Assembly (NCBI GenBank): GCA_964057225.1 | Contig: OZ059898.1 | Coordinates: forward strand, 1,364,001 to 1,428,000 | Length of the DNA: 64,000 nt | Source of the DNA: Auanema rhodensis | Lineage: Eukaryota; Animalia; Nematoda | Reading direction: 5' to 3' | In this document: positions 26,401 to 41,400 of the stretch, in pieces | How the letters are laid out: each line of letters begins with the position of its first letter | Numbering within the stretch: the stretch's first letter is position 1 | Position numbers and translations under genes: made by a program | Notes under the pieces: model-generated | What the model was told of the DNA's origin: nothing | Database searches by the model: none | Seen by the model: only the letters and a program-made list of their open reading frames with translations

Positions 26401-29400
26401 TTGCTAAATTATTTTGAAATTTTTCGTAAAAATTTTTGTCAAAATGTTTTTGGAAGCAATGTTGAGTGTACATGGAAACTCAACATACACTAATGCATCA
26501 TTTTTCAAACGATCATAACTAATTTTTGTATTAAGCGTTTCTCAATGTAGTATAGTGCATTCGATGCGGATTTTTAAGCTGCGTCGATCTGTGTTATCAG
26601 ATTTGCGCTAGCTTAAAAATGCACCGAGATATCAACTGGTATAAGTTCACACTTATATCCTCGATTTTCACCCTGAAGAATTAATTTTTTCGTTGAATAA
26701 CATTGTCCATCGTCTTTGCCTTGAAAAAAGGAATCTAAAAACATCTACTTTTTGCTAAATTATTTTGAAATTTTTCGAAAAAATTTTTGTCAAAATGTTT
26801 TTGGAAGCAATGTTGAGTGTACATGGAAACTCAACATACACTAATGCATCATTTTTCAAACGATCATAACTAATTTTTGTAATAAGCTTTTTTCAATGTA
26901 GTATAGTGCATTCGATGCGGATTTTTAAGCTGCGTCGATCTGTGTTATCAGATTTGCGCTAGCTTAAAAATGCACCAAGATATCAACTGATATAAGTTCA
27001 CACTTATATCCTCGATTTTCACCCTGAAGAATTAATTTTTTCGTTGAATAACATTGTTCATCGTCTTTGCTTTGAAAAAAGGAATCTAAAAACATCTACT
27101 TTTTGCTAAATTATTTTGAAATTTTTCGAAAAAATTTTTGTCAAAATGTTTTTGGAAGCAATGTTGAGTGTACATGGAAACTCAACATACACTAATGCAT
27201 CATTTTTCAAACGATCATAACTAATTTTTGTATTAAGCGTTTCTCAATGTAGTATAGTGCATTCGATGCGGATTTTTAAGCTGCGTCGATCTGTGTTATC
27301 AGATTTGCGCTAGCTTAAAAATGCACCGAGATATCAACTGATATAAGTTCACACTTATATCCTCGATTTTCACCCTGAAGAATTAATTTTTTCGTTGAAT
27401 AACATTGTCCATCATCTTTGCTTTGAAAAAAGGAATCTAAAAACATCTACTTTTTGCTAAATTATTTTGAAATTTTTCGTAAAAATTTTTGTCAAAATGT
27501 TTTTGGAAGCAATGTTGAGTGTACATGGAAACTCAACATACACTAATGCATCATTTTTCAAACGATCATAACTAATTTTTGTATTAAGCGTTTCTCAATG
27601 TAGTATAGTGCATTCGATGCGGATTTTTAAGCTGCGTCGATCTGTGTTATCAGATTTGCGCTAGCTTAAAAATGCACCAAGATATCAACTGATATAAGTT
27701 CACACTTATATCCTCGATTTTCACCCTGAAGAATTAATTTTTTCGTTGAATAACATTGTTCATCGTCTTTGCTTTGAAAAAAGGAATCTAAAAACATCTA
27801 CTTTTTGCTAAATTATTTTGAAATTTTTCGAAAAAATTTTTGTCAAAATGTTTTTGGAAGCAATGTTGAGTGTACATGGAAACTCAACATACACTAATGC
27901 ATCATTTTTCAAACGATCATAACTAATTTTTGTATTAAGCGTTTCTCAATGTAGTATAGTGCATTCGATGCGGATTTTTAAGCTGCGTCGATCTGTGTTA
28001 TCAGATTTGCGCTAGCTTAAAAATGCACCGAGATATCAACTGATATAAGTTCACACTTATATCCTCGATTTTCACCCTGAAGAATTAATTTTTTCGTTGA
28101 ATAACATTGTCCATCATCTTTGCTTTGAAAAAAGGAATCTAAAAACATCTACTTTTTGCTAAATTATTTTGAAATTTTTCGTAAAAATTTTTGTCAAAAT
28201 GTTTTTGGAAGCAATGTTGAGTGTACATGGAAACTCAACATACACTAATGCATCATTTTTCAAACGATCATAACTAATTTTTGTATTAAGCGTTTCTCAA
28301 TGTAGTATAGTGCATTCGATGCGGATTTTTAAGCTGCGTCGATCTGTGTTATCAGATTTGCGCTAGCTTAAAAATGCACCGAGATATCAACTGATATAAG
28401 TTCACACTTATATCCTCGATTTTCACCCTGAAGAATTAATTTTTTCGTTGAATAACATTGTCCATCGTCTTTGCTTTGAAAAAAGGAATCTAAAAACATC
28501 TACTTTTTGCTAAATTATTTTGAAATTTTTCGAAAAAATTTTTGTCAAAATGTTTTTGGAAGCAATGTTGAGTGTACATGGAAACTCAACATACACTAAT
28601 GCATCATTTTTCAAACGATCATAACTAATTTTTGTATTAAGCGTTTTTCAATGTAGTATAGTGCATTCGATGCGGATTTTTAAGCTGCGTCGATCTGTGT
28701 TATCAGATTTGCGCTAGCTTAAAAATGCACCGAGATATCAACTGGTATAAGTTCACACTTATATCCTCGATTTTCACCCTGAAGAATTAATTTTTTCGTT
28801 GAATAACATTGTCCATCGTCTTTGCCTTGAAAAAAGGAATCTAAAAACATCTACTTTTTGCTAAATTATTTTGAAATTTTTCGAAAAAATTTTTGTCAAA
28901 ATGTTTTTGGAAGCAATGTTGAGTGTACATGGAAACTCAACATACACTAATGCATCATTTTTCAAACGATCATAACTAATTTTTGTAATAAGCGTTTTTC
29001 AAAGTAGTATAGTGCATTCGATGCGGATTTTTAAGCTGCGTCGATCTGTGTTATCAGATTTGCGCTAGCTTAAAAATGCACCGAGATATCAACTGATATA
29101 AGTTCACACTTATATCCTCGATTTTCACCCTGAAGAATTAATTTTTTCGTTGAATAACATTGTCCATCGTCTTTGCTTTGAAAAAAGGAATCTAAAAACA
29201 TCTACTTTTTGCTAAATTATTTTGAAATTTTTCGAAAAAATTTTTGTCAAAATGTTTTTGGAAGCAATGTTGAGTGTACATGGAAACTCAACATACACTA
29301 ATGCATCATTTTTCAAACGATCATAACTAATTTTTGTATTAAGCGTTTCTCAATGTAGTATAGTGCATTCGATGCGGATTTTTAAGCTGCGTCGATCTGT

Positions 29401-32400
29401 GTTATCAGATTTGCGCTAGCTTAAAAATGCACCGAGATATCAACTGATATAAGTTCACACTTATATCCTCGATTTTCACCCTGAAGAATTAATTTTTTCG
29501 TTGAATAACATTGTCCATCATCTTTGCTTTGAAAAAAGGAATCTAAAAACATCTACTTTTTGCTAAATTATTTTGAAATTTTTCGTAAAAATTTTTGTCA
29601 AAATGTTTTTGGAAGCAATGTTGAGTGTACATGGAAACTCAACATACACTAATGCATCATTTTTCAAACGATCATAACTAATTTTTGTATTAAGCGTTTC
29701 TCAATGTAGTATAGTGCATTCGATGCGGATTTTTAAGCTGCGTCGATCTGTGTTATCAGATTTGCGCTAGCTTAAAAATGCACCGAGATATCAACTGATA
29801 TAAGTTCACACTTATATCCTCGATTTTCACCCTGAAGAATTAATTTTTTCGTTGAATAACATTGTCCATCATCTTTGCTTTGAAAAAAGGAATCTAAAAA
29901 CATCTACTTTTTGCTAAATTATTTTGAAATTTTTCGTAAAAATTTTTGTCAAAATGTTTTTGGAAGCAATGTTGAGTGTACATGGAAACTCAACATACAC
30001 TAATGCATCATTTTTCAAACGATCATAACTAATTTTTGTATTAAGCGTTTCTCAATGTAGTATAGTGCATTCGATGCGGATTTTTAAGCTGCGTCGATCT
30101 GTGTTATCAGATTTGCGCTAGCTTAAAAATGCACCGAGATATCAACTGATATAAGTTCACACTTATATCCTCGATTTTCACCCTGAAGAATTAATTTTTT
30201 CGTTGAATAACATTGTCCATCATCTTTGCTTTGAAAAAAGGAATCTAAAAACATCTACTTTTTGCTAAATTATTTTGAAATTTTTCGTAAAAATTTTTGT
30301 CAAAATGTTTTTGGAAGCAATGTTGAGTGTACATGGAAACTCAACATACACTAATGCATCATTTTTCAAACGATCATAACTAATTTTTGTATTAAGCGTT
30401 TCTCAATGTAGTATAGTGCATTCGATGCGGATTTTTAAGCTGCGTCGATCTGTGTTATCAGATTTGCGCTAGCTTAAAAATGCACCGAGATATCAACTGA
30501 TATAAGTTCACACTTATATCCTCGATTTTCACCCTGAAGAATTAATTTTTTCGTTGAATAACATTGTCCATCGTCTTTGCCTTGAAAAAAGGAATCTAAA
30601 AACATCTACTTTTTGCTAAATTATTTTGAAATTTTTCGAAAAAATTTTTGTCAAAATGTTTTTGGAAGCAATGTTGAGTGTACATGGAAACTCAACATAC
30701 ACTAATGCATCATTTTTCAAACGATCATAACTAATTTTTGTATTAAGCGTTTTTCAATGTAGTATAGTGCATTCGATGCGGATTTTTAAGCTGCGTCGAT
30801 CTGTGTTATCAGATTTGCGCTAGCTTAAAAATGCACCGAGATATCAACTGGTATAAGTTCACACTTATATCCTCGATTTTCACCCTGAAGAATTAATTTT
30901 TTCGTTGAATAACATTGTCCATCGTCTTTGCCTTGAAAAAAGGAATCTAAAAACATCTACTTTTTGCTAAATTATTTTGAAATTTTTCGAAAAAATTTTT
31001 GTCAAAATGTTTTTGGAAGCAATGTTGAGTGTACATGGAAACTCAACATACACTAATGCATCATTTTTCAAACGATCATAACTAATTTTTGTATTAAGCG
31101 TTTTTCAATGTAGTATAGTGCATTCGATGCGGATTTTTAAGCTGCGTCGATCTGTGTTATCAGATTTGCGCTAGCTTAAAAATGCACCGAGATATCAACT
31201 GGTATAAGTTCACACTTATATCCTCGATTTTCACCCTGAAGAATTAATTTTTTCGTTGAATAACATTGTCCATCGTCTTTGCCTTGAAAAAAGGAATCTA
31301 AAAACATCTACTTTTTGCTAAATTATTTTGAAATTTTTCGAAAAAATTTTTGTCAAAATGTTTTTGGAAGCAATGTTGAGTGTACATGGAAACTCAACAT
31401 ACACTAATGCATCATTTTTCAAACGATCATAACTAATTTTTGTATCAAGCGTTTTTCAATGTAGTATAGTGCATTCGATGCGGATTTTTAAGCTGCGTCG
31501 ATCTGTGTTATCAGATTTGCGCTAGCGTAAAAATGCACCGAGATATCAACTGGTATAAGTTCACAATTATATCCTCGATTTTCACCCTGAAGAATTAATT
31601 TTTTCGTTGAATAACATTGTCCATCGTCTTTGCCTTGAAAAAAGGAATCTAAAAACATCTACTTTTTGCTAAATTATTTTGAAATTTTTCGAAAAAATTT
31701 TTGTCAAAATGTTTTTGGAAGCAATGTTGAGTGTACATGGAAACTCAACATACACTAATGCATCATTTTTCAAACGATCATAACTAATTTTTGTATTAAG
31801 CGTTTTTCAATGTAGTATAGTGCATTCGATGCGGATTTTTAAGCTGCGTCGATCTGTGTTATCAGATTTGCGCTAGCTTAAAAATGCACCGAGATATCAA
31901 CTGATATAAGTTCACACTTATATCCTCGATTTTCACCCTGAAGAATTAATTTTTTCGTTGAATAACATTGTCCATCATCTTTGCTTTGAAGAAAGGAATC
32001 TAAAAACATCTACTTTTTGCTAAATTATTTTGAAATTTTTCGTAAAAATTTTTGTCAAAATGTTTTTGGAAGCAATGTTGAGTGTACATGGAAACTCAAC
32101 ATACACTAATGCATCATTTTTCAAACGATCATAACTAATTTTTGTATTAAGCGTTTCTCAATGTAGTATAGTGCATTCGATGCGGATTTTTAAGCTGCGT
32201 CGATCTGTGTTATCCGATTTGCGCTAGCTTAAAAATGCACCGAGATATCAACTGATATAAGTTCACACTTATATCCTCGATTTTCACCCTGAAGAATTAA
32301 TTTTTTCGTTGAATAACATTGTCCATCGTCTTTGCCTTGAAAAAAGGAATCTAAAAACATCTACTTTTTGCTAAATTATTTTGAAATTTTTCGAAAAAAT

Positions 32401-35400
32401 TTTTGTCAAAATGTTTTTGGAAGCAATGTTGAGTGTACATGGAAACTCAACATACACTAATGCATCATTTTTCAAACGATCATAACTAATTTTTGTATTA
32501 AGCGTTTTTCAATGTAGTATAGTGCATTCGATGCGGATTTTTAAGCTGCGTCGATCTGTGTTATCAGATTTGCGCTAGCTTAAAAATGCACCGAGATATC
32601 AACTGGTATAAGTTCACACTTATATCCTCGATTTTCACCCTGAAGAATTAATTTTTTCGTTGAATAACATTGTCCATCGTCTTTGCCTTGAAAAAAGGAA
32701 TCTAAAAACATCTACTTTTTGCTAAATTATTTTGAAATTTTTCGAAAAAATTTTTGTCAAAATGTTTTTGGAAGCAATGTTGAGTGTACATGGAAACTCA
32801 ACATACACTAATGCATCATTTTTCAAACGATCATAACTAATTTTTGTAATAAGCGTTTTTCAAAGTAGTATAGTGCATTCGATGCGGATTTTTAAGCTGC
32901 GTCGATCTGTGTTATCAGATTTGCGCTAGCTTAAAAATGCACCGAGATATCAACTGATATAAGTTCACACTTATATCCTCGATTTTCACCCTGAAGAATT
33001 AATTTTTTCGTTGAATAACATTGTCCATCGTCTTTGCTTTGAAAAAAGGAATCTAAAAACATCTACTTTTTGCTAAATTATTTTGAAATTTTTCGAAAAA
33101 ATTTTTGTCAAAATGTTTTTGGAAGCAATGTTGAGTGTACATGGAAACTCAACATACACTAATGCATCATTTTTCAAACGATCATAACTAATTTTTGTAT
33201 TAAGCGTTTCTCAATGTAGTATAGTGCATTCGATGCGGATTTTTAAGCTGCGTCGATCTGTGTTATCAGATTTGCGCTAGCTTAAAAATGCACCGAGATA
33301 TCAACTGATATAAGTTCACACTTATAACCTCGATTTTCACCCTGAAGAATTAATTTTTTCGTTGAATAACATTGTCCATCATCTTTGCTTTGAAAAAAGG
33401 AATCTAAAAACATCTACTTTTTGCTAAATTATTTTGAAATTTTTCGTAAAAATTTTTGTCAAAATGTTTTTGGAAGCAATGTTGAGTGTACATGGAAACT
33501 CAACATACACTAATGCATCATTTTTCAAACGATCATAACTAATTTTTGTATTAAGCGTTTCTCAATGTAGTATAGTGCATTCGATGCGGATTTTTAAGCT
33601 GCGTCGATCTGTGTTATCAGATTTGCGCTAGCTTAAAAATGCACCGAGATATCAACTGATATAAGTTCACACTTATATCCTCGATTTTCACCCTGAAGAA
33701 TTAATTTTTTCGTTGAATAACATTGTCCATCATCTTTGCTTTGAAAAAAGGAATCTAAAAACATCTACTTTTTGCTAAATTATTTTGAAATTTTTCGTAA
33801 AAATTTTTGTCAAAATGTTTTTGGAAGCAATGTTGAGTGTACATGGAAACTCAACATACACTAATGCATCATTTTTCAAACGATCATAACTAATTTTTGT
33901 ATTAAGCGTTCCTCAATGTAGTATAGTGCTTTCGATGCGGATTTTTAAGCTGCGTCGATCTGTGTTATCAGATTTGCGCTAGCTTAAAAATGCACCGAGA
34001 TATCAACTGGTATAAGTTCACACTTATATCCTCGATTTTCACCCTGAAGAATTAATTTTTTCGTTGAATAACAGTGTCCATCGTCTTTGCCTTGAAAAAA
34101 GGAATCTAAAAACATCTACTTTTTGCTAAATTATTTTGAAATTTTTCGAAAAAATTTTTGTCAAAATGTTTTTGGAAGCAATGTTGAGTGTACATGGAAA
34201 CTCAACATACACTAATGCATCATTTTTCAAACGATCATAACTAATTTTTGTATTAAGCGTTTTTCAATGTAGTATAGTGCATTCGATGCGGATTTTTAAG
34301 CTGCGTCGATCTGTGTTATCAGATTTGCGCTAGCTTAAAAATGCACCGAGATATCAACTGATATAAGTTCACACTTATATCCTCGATTTTCACCCTGAAG
34401 AATTAATTTTTTCGTTGAATAACATTGTCCATCATCTTTGCTTTGAAGAAAGGAATCTAAAAACATCTACTTTTTGCTAAATTATTTTGAAATTTTTCGT
34501 AAAAATTTTTGTCAAAATGTTTTTGGAAGCAATGTTGAGTGTACATGGAAACTCAACATACACTAATGCATCATTTTTCAAACGATCATAACTAATTTTT
34601 GTATTAAGCGTTTCTCAATGTAGTATAGTGCATTCGATGCGGATTTTTAAGCTGCGTCGATCTGTGTTATCCGATTTGCGCTAGCTTAAAAATGCACCGA
34701 GATATCAACTGATATAAGTTCACACTTATATCCTCGATTTTCACCCTGAAGAATTAATTTTTTCGTTGAATAACATTGTCCATCGTCTTTGCCTTGAAAA
34801 AAGGAATCTAAAAACATCTACTTTTTGCTAAATTATTTTGAAATTTTTCGAAAAAATTTTTGTCAAAATGTTTTTGGAAGCAATGTTGAGTGTACATGGA
34901 AACTCAACATACACTAATGCATCATTTTTCAAACGATCATAACTAATTTTTGTATTAAGCGTTTTTCAATGTAGTATAGTGCATTCGATGCGGATTTTTA
35001 AGCTGCGTCGATCTGTGTTATCAGATTTGCGCTAGCTTAAAAATGCACCGAGATATCAACTGGTATAAGTTCACACTTATATCCTCGATTTTCACCCTGA
35101 AGAATTAATTTTTTCGTTGAATAACATTGTCCATCGTCTTTGCCTTGAAAAAAGGAATCTAAAAACATCTACTTTTTGCTAAATTATTTTGAAATTTTTC
35201 GAAAAAATTTTTGTCAAAATGTTTTTGGAAGCAATGTTGAGTGTACATGGAAACTCAACATACACTAATGCATCATTTTTCAAACGATCATAACTAATTT
35301 TTGTAATAAGCGTTTTTCAAAGTAGTATAGTGCATTCGATGCGGATTTTTAAGCTGCGTCGATCTGTGTTATCAGATTTGCGCTAGCTTAAAAATGCACC

Positions 35401-38400
35401 GAGATATCAACTGATATAAGTTCACACTTATATCCTCGATTTTCACCCTGAAGAATTAATTTTTTCGTTGAATAACATTGTCCATCGTCTTTGCTTTGAA
35501 AAAAGGAATCTAAAAACATCTACTTTTTGCTAAATTATTTTGAAATTTTTCGAAAAAATTTTTGTCAAAATGTTTTTGGAAGCAATGTTGAGTGTACATG
35601 GAAACTCAACATACACTAATGCATCATTTTTCAAACGATCATAACTAATTTTTGTATTAAGCGTTTCTCAATGTAGTATAGTGCATTCGATGCGGATTTT
35701 TAAGCTGCGTCGATCTGTGTTATCAGATTTGCGCTAGCTTAAAAATGCACCGAGATATCAACTGATATAAGTTCACACTTATATCCTCGATTTTCACCCT
35801 GAAGAATTAATTTTTTCGTTGAATAACATTGTCCATCATCTTTGCTTTGAAAAAAGGAATCTAAAAACATCTACTTTTTGCTAAATTATTTTGAAATTTT
35901 TCGTAAAAATTTTTGTCAAAATGTTTTTGGAAGCAATGTTGAGTGTACATGGAAACTCAACATACACTAATGCATCATTTTTCAAACGATCATAACTAAT
36001 TTTTGTATTAAGCGTTCCTCAATGTAGTATAGTGCTTTCGATGCGGATTTTTAAGCTGCGTCGATCTGTGTTATCAGATTTGCGCTAGCTTAAAAATGCA
36101 CCGAGATATCAACTGGTATAAGTTCACACTTATATCCTCGATTTTCACCCTGAAGAATTAATTTTTTCGTTGAATAACAGTGTCCATCGTCTTTGCCTTG
36201 AAAAAAGGAATCTAAAAACATCTATTTTTTGCTAAATTATTTTGAAATTTTTCGAAAAAATTTTTGTCAAAATGTTTTTGGAAGCAATGTTGAGTGTACA
36301 TGGAAACTCAACATACACTAATGCATCATTTTTCAAACGATCATAACTAATTTTTGTATTAAGCGTTTTTCAATGTAGTATAGTGCATTCGATGCGGATT
36401 TTTAAGCTGCGTCGATCTGTGTTATCAGATTTGCGCTAGCGTAAAAATGCACCGAGATATCAACTGGTATAAGTTCACAATTATATCCTCGATTTTCACC
36501 CTGAAGAATTAATTTTTTCGTTGAATAACATTGTCCATCGTCTTTGCCTTGAAAAAAGGAATCTAAAAACATCTACTTTTTGCTAAATTATTTTGAAATT
36601 TTTCGAAAAAATTTTTGTCAAAATGTTTTTGGAAGCAATGTTGAGTGTACATGGAAACTCAACATACACTAATGCATCATTTTTCAAACGATCATAACTA
36701 ATTTTTGTATTAAGCGTTTTTCAATGTAGTATAGTGCATTCGATGCGGATTTTTAAGCTGCGTCGATCTGTGTTATCAGATTTGCGCTAGCGTAAAAATG
36801 CACCGAGATATCAACTGGTATAAGTTCACAATTATATCCTCGATTTTCACCCTGAAGAATTAATTTTTTCGTTGAATAACATTGTCCATCGTCTTTGCCT
36901 TGAAAAAAGGAATCTAAAAACATCTACTTTTTGCTAAATTATTTTGAAATTTTTCGAAAAAATTTTTGTCAAAATGTTTTTGGAAGCAATGTTGAGTGTA
37001 CATGGAAACTCAACATACACTAATGCATCATTTTTCAAACGATCATAACTAATTTTTGTATTAAGCGTTTTTCAATGTAGTATAGTGCATTCGATGCGGA
37101 TTTTTAAGCTGCGTCGATCTGTGTTATCAGATTTGCGCTAGCTTAAAAATGCACCGAGATATCAACTGATATAAGTTCACACTTATATCCTCGATTTTCA
37201 CCCTGAAGAATTAATTTTTTCGTTGAATAACATTGTCCATCATCTTTGCTTTGAAGAAAGGAATCTAAAAACATCTACTTTTTGCTAAATTATTTTGAAA
37301 TTTTTCGTAAAAATTTTTGTCAAAATGTTTTTGGAAGCAATGTTGAGTGTACATGGAAACTCAACATACACTAATGCATCATTTTTCAAACGATCATAAC
37401 TAATTTTTGTATTAAGCGTTTCTCAATGTAGTATAGTGCATTCGATGCGGATTTTTAAGCTGCGTCGATCTGTGTTATCCGATTTGCGCTAGCTTAAAAA
37501 TGCACCGAGATATCAACTGATATAAGTTCACACTTATATCCTCGATTTTCACCCTGAAGAATTAATTTTTTCGTTGAATAACATTGTCCATCGTCTTTGC
37601 CTTGAAAAAAGGAATCTAAAAACATCTACTTTTTGCTAAATTATTTTGAAATTTTTCGAAAAAATTTTTGTCAAAATGTTTTTGGAAGCAATGTTGAGTG
37701 TACATGGAAACTCAACATACACTAATGCATCATTTTTCAAACGATCATAACTAATTTTTGTATTAAGCGTTTTTCAATGTAGTATAGTGCATTCGATGCG
37801 GATTTTTAAGCTGCGTCGATCTGTGTTATCAGATTTGCGCTAGCTTAAAAATGCACCGAGATATCAACTGGTATAAGTTCACACTTATATCCTCGATTTT
37901 CACCCTGAAGAATTAATTTTTTCGTTGAATAACATTGTCCATCGTCTTTGCCTTGAAAAAAGGAATCTAAAAACATCTACTTTTTGCTAAATTATTTTGA
38001 AATTTTTCGAAAAAATTTTTGTCAAAATGTTTTTGGAAGCAATGTTGAGTGTACATGGAAACTCAACATACACTAATGCATCATTTTTCAAACGATCATA
38101 ACTAATTTTTGTAATAAGCGTTTTTCAAAGTAGTATAGTGCATTCGATGCGGATTTTTAAGCTGCGTCGATCTGTGTTATCAGATTTGCGCTAGCTTAAA
38201 AATGCACCGAGATATCAACTGATATAAGTTCACACTTATATCCTCGATTTTCACCCTGAAGAATTAATTTTTTCGTTGAATAACATTGTCCATCGTCTTT
38301 GCTTTGAAAAAAGGAATCTAAAAACATCTACTTTTTGCTAAATTATTTTGAAATTTTTCGAAAAAATTTTTGTCAAAATGTTTTTGGAAGCAATGTTGAG

Positions 38401-41400
38401 TGTACATGGAAACTCAACATACACTAATGCATCATTTTTCAAACGATCATAACTAATTTTTGTATTAAGCGTTTCTCAATGTAGTATAGTGCATTCGATG
38501 CGGATTTTTAAGCTGCGTCGATCTGTGTTATCAGATTTGCGCTAGCTTAAAAATGCACCGAGATATCAACTGATATAAGTTCACACTTATAACCTCGATT
38601 TTCACCCTGAAGAATTAATTTTTTCGTTGAATAACATTGTCCATCATCTTTGCTTTGAAAAAAGGAATCTAAAAACATCTACTTTTTGCTAAATTATTTT
38701 GAAATTTTTCGTAAAAATTTTTGTCAAAATGTTTTTGGAAGCAATGTTGAGTGTACATGGAAACTCAACATACACTAATGCATCATTTTTCAAACGATCA
38801 TAACTAATTTTTGTATTAAGCGTTTCTCAATGTAGTATAGTGCATTCGATGCGGATTTTTAAGCTGCGTCGATCTGTGTTATCAGATTTGCGCTAGCTTA
38901 AAAATGCACCGAGATATCAACTGATATAAGTTCACACTTATATCCTCGATTTTCACCCTGAAGAATTAATTTTTTCGTTGAATAACATTGTCCATCATCT
39001 TTGCTTTGAAAAAAGGAATCTAAAAACATCTACTTTTTGCTAAATTATTTTGAAATTTTTCGTAAAAATTTTTGTCAAAATGTTTTTGGAAGCAATGTTG
39101 AGTGTACATGGAAACTCAACATACACTAATGCATCATTTTTCAAACGATCATAACTAATTTTTGTATTAAGCGTTCCTCAATGTAGTATAGTGCTTTCGA
39201 TGCGGATTTTTAAGCTGCGTCGATCTGTGTTATCAGATTTGCGCTAGCTTAAAAATGCACCGAGATATCAACTGGTATAAGTTCACACTTATATCCTCGA
39301 TTTTCACCCTGAAGAATTAATTTTTTCGTTGAATAACAGTGTCCATCGTCTTTGCCTTGAAAAAAGGAATCTAAAAACATCTACTTTTTGCTAAATTATT
39401 TTGAAATTTTTCGAAAAAATTTTTGTCAAAATGTTTTTGGAAGCAATGTTGAGTGTACATGGAAACTCAACATACACTAATGCATCATTTTTCAAACGAT
39501 CATAACTAATTTTTGTATTAAGCGTTTTTCAATGTAGTATAGTGCATTCGATGCGGATTTTTAAGCTGCGTCGATCTGTGTTATCAGATTTGCGCTAGCG
39601 TAAAAATGCACCGAGATATCAACTGGTATAAGTTCACAATTATATCCTCGATTTTCACCCTGAAGAATTAATTTTTTCGTTGAATAACATTGTCCATCGT
39701 CTTTGCCTTGAAAAAAGGAATCTAAAAACATCTACTTTTTGCTAAATTATTTTGAAATTTTTCGAAAAAATTTTTGTCAAAATGTTTTTGGAAGCAATGT
39801 TGAGTGTACATGGAAACTCAACATACACTAATGCATCATTTTTCAAACGATCATAACTAATTTTTGTATTAAGCGTTTTTCAATGTAGTATAGTGCATTC
39901 GATGCGGATTTTTAAGCTGCGTCGATCTGTGTTATCAGATTTGCGCTAGCTTAAAAATGCACCGAGATATCAACTGGTATAAGTTCACACTTATATCCTC
40001 GATTTTCACCCTGAAGAATTAATTTTTTCGTTGAATAACATTGTCCATCGTCTTTGCCTTGAAAAAAAGAATCTAAAAACATCTACTTTTTGCTAAATTA
40101 TTTTGAAATTTTTCGAAAAAATTTTTGTCAAAATGTTTTTGGAAGCAATGTTGAGTGTACATGGAAACTCAACATACACTAATGCATCATTTTTCAAACG
40201 ATCATAACTAATTTTTGTATTAAGCGTTTCTCAATGTAGTATAGTGCATTCGATGCGGATTTTTAAGCTGCGTCGATCTGTGTTATCAGATTTGCGCTAG
40301 CTTAAAAATGCACCGAGATATCAACTGGTATAAGTTCACACTTATATCCTCGATTTTCACCCTGAAGAATTGATTTTTTCGTTGAATAACATTGTCCATC
40401 GTCTTTGCCTTGAAAAAAGGAATCTAAAAACATCTACTTTTTGCTAAATTATTTTGAAATTTTTCGAAAAAATTTTTGTCAAAATGTTTTTGGAAGCAAT
40501 GTTGAGTGTACATGGAAACTCAACATACACTAATGCATCATTTTTCAAACGATCATAACTAATTTTTGTATTAAGCGTTTTTCAATGTAGTATAGTGCAT
40601 TCGATGCGGATTTTTAAGCTGCGTCGATCTGTGTTATCAGATTTGCGCTAGCGTAAAAATGCACCGAGATATCAACTGGTATAAGTTCACAATTATATCC
40701 TCGATTTTCACCCTGAAGAATTAATTTTTTCGTTGAATAACATTGTCCATCGTCTTTGCCTTGAAAAAAGGAATCTAAAAACATCTACTTTTTGCTAAAT
40801 TATTTTGAAATTTTTCGAAAAAATTTTTGTCAAAATGTTTTTGGAAGCAATGTTGAGTGTACATGGAAACTCAACATACACTAATGCATCATTTTTCAAA
40901 CGATCATAACTAATTTTTGTAATAAGCGTTTTTCAAAGTAGTATAGTGCATTCGATGCGGATTTTTAAGCTGCGTCGATCTGTGTTATCAGATTTGCGCT
41001 AGCTTAAAAATGCACCGAGATATCAACTGATATAAGTTCACACTTATATCCTCGATTTTCACCCTGAAGAATTAATTTTTTCGTTGAATAACATTGTCCA
41101 TCGTCTTTGCTTTGAAAAAAGGAATCTAAAAACATCTACTTTTTGCTAAATTATTTTGAAATTTTTCGAAAAAATTTTTGTCAAAATGTTTTTGGAAGCA
41201 ATGTTGAGTGTACATGGAAACTCAACATACACTAATGCATCATTTTTCAAACGATCATAACTAATTTTTGTATTAAGCGTTTCTCAATGTAGTATAGTGC
41301 ATTCGATGCGGATTTTTAAGCTGCGTCGATCTGTGTTATCAGATTTGCGCTAGCTTAAAAATGCACCGAGATATCAACTGATATAAGTTCACACTTATAA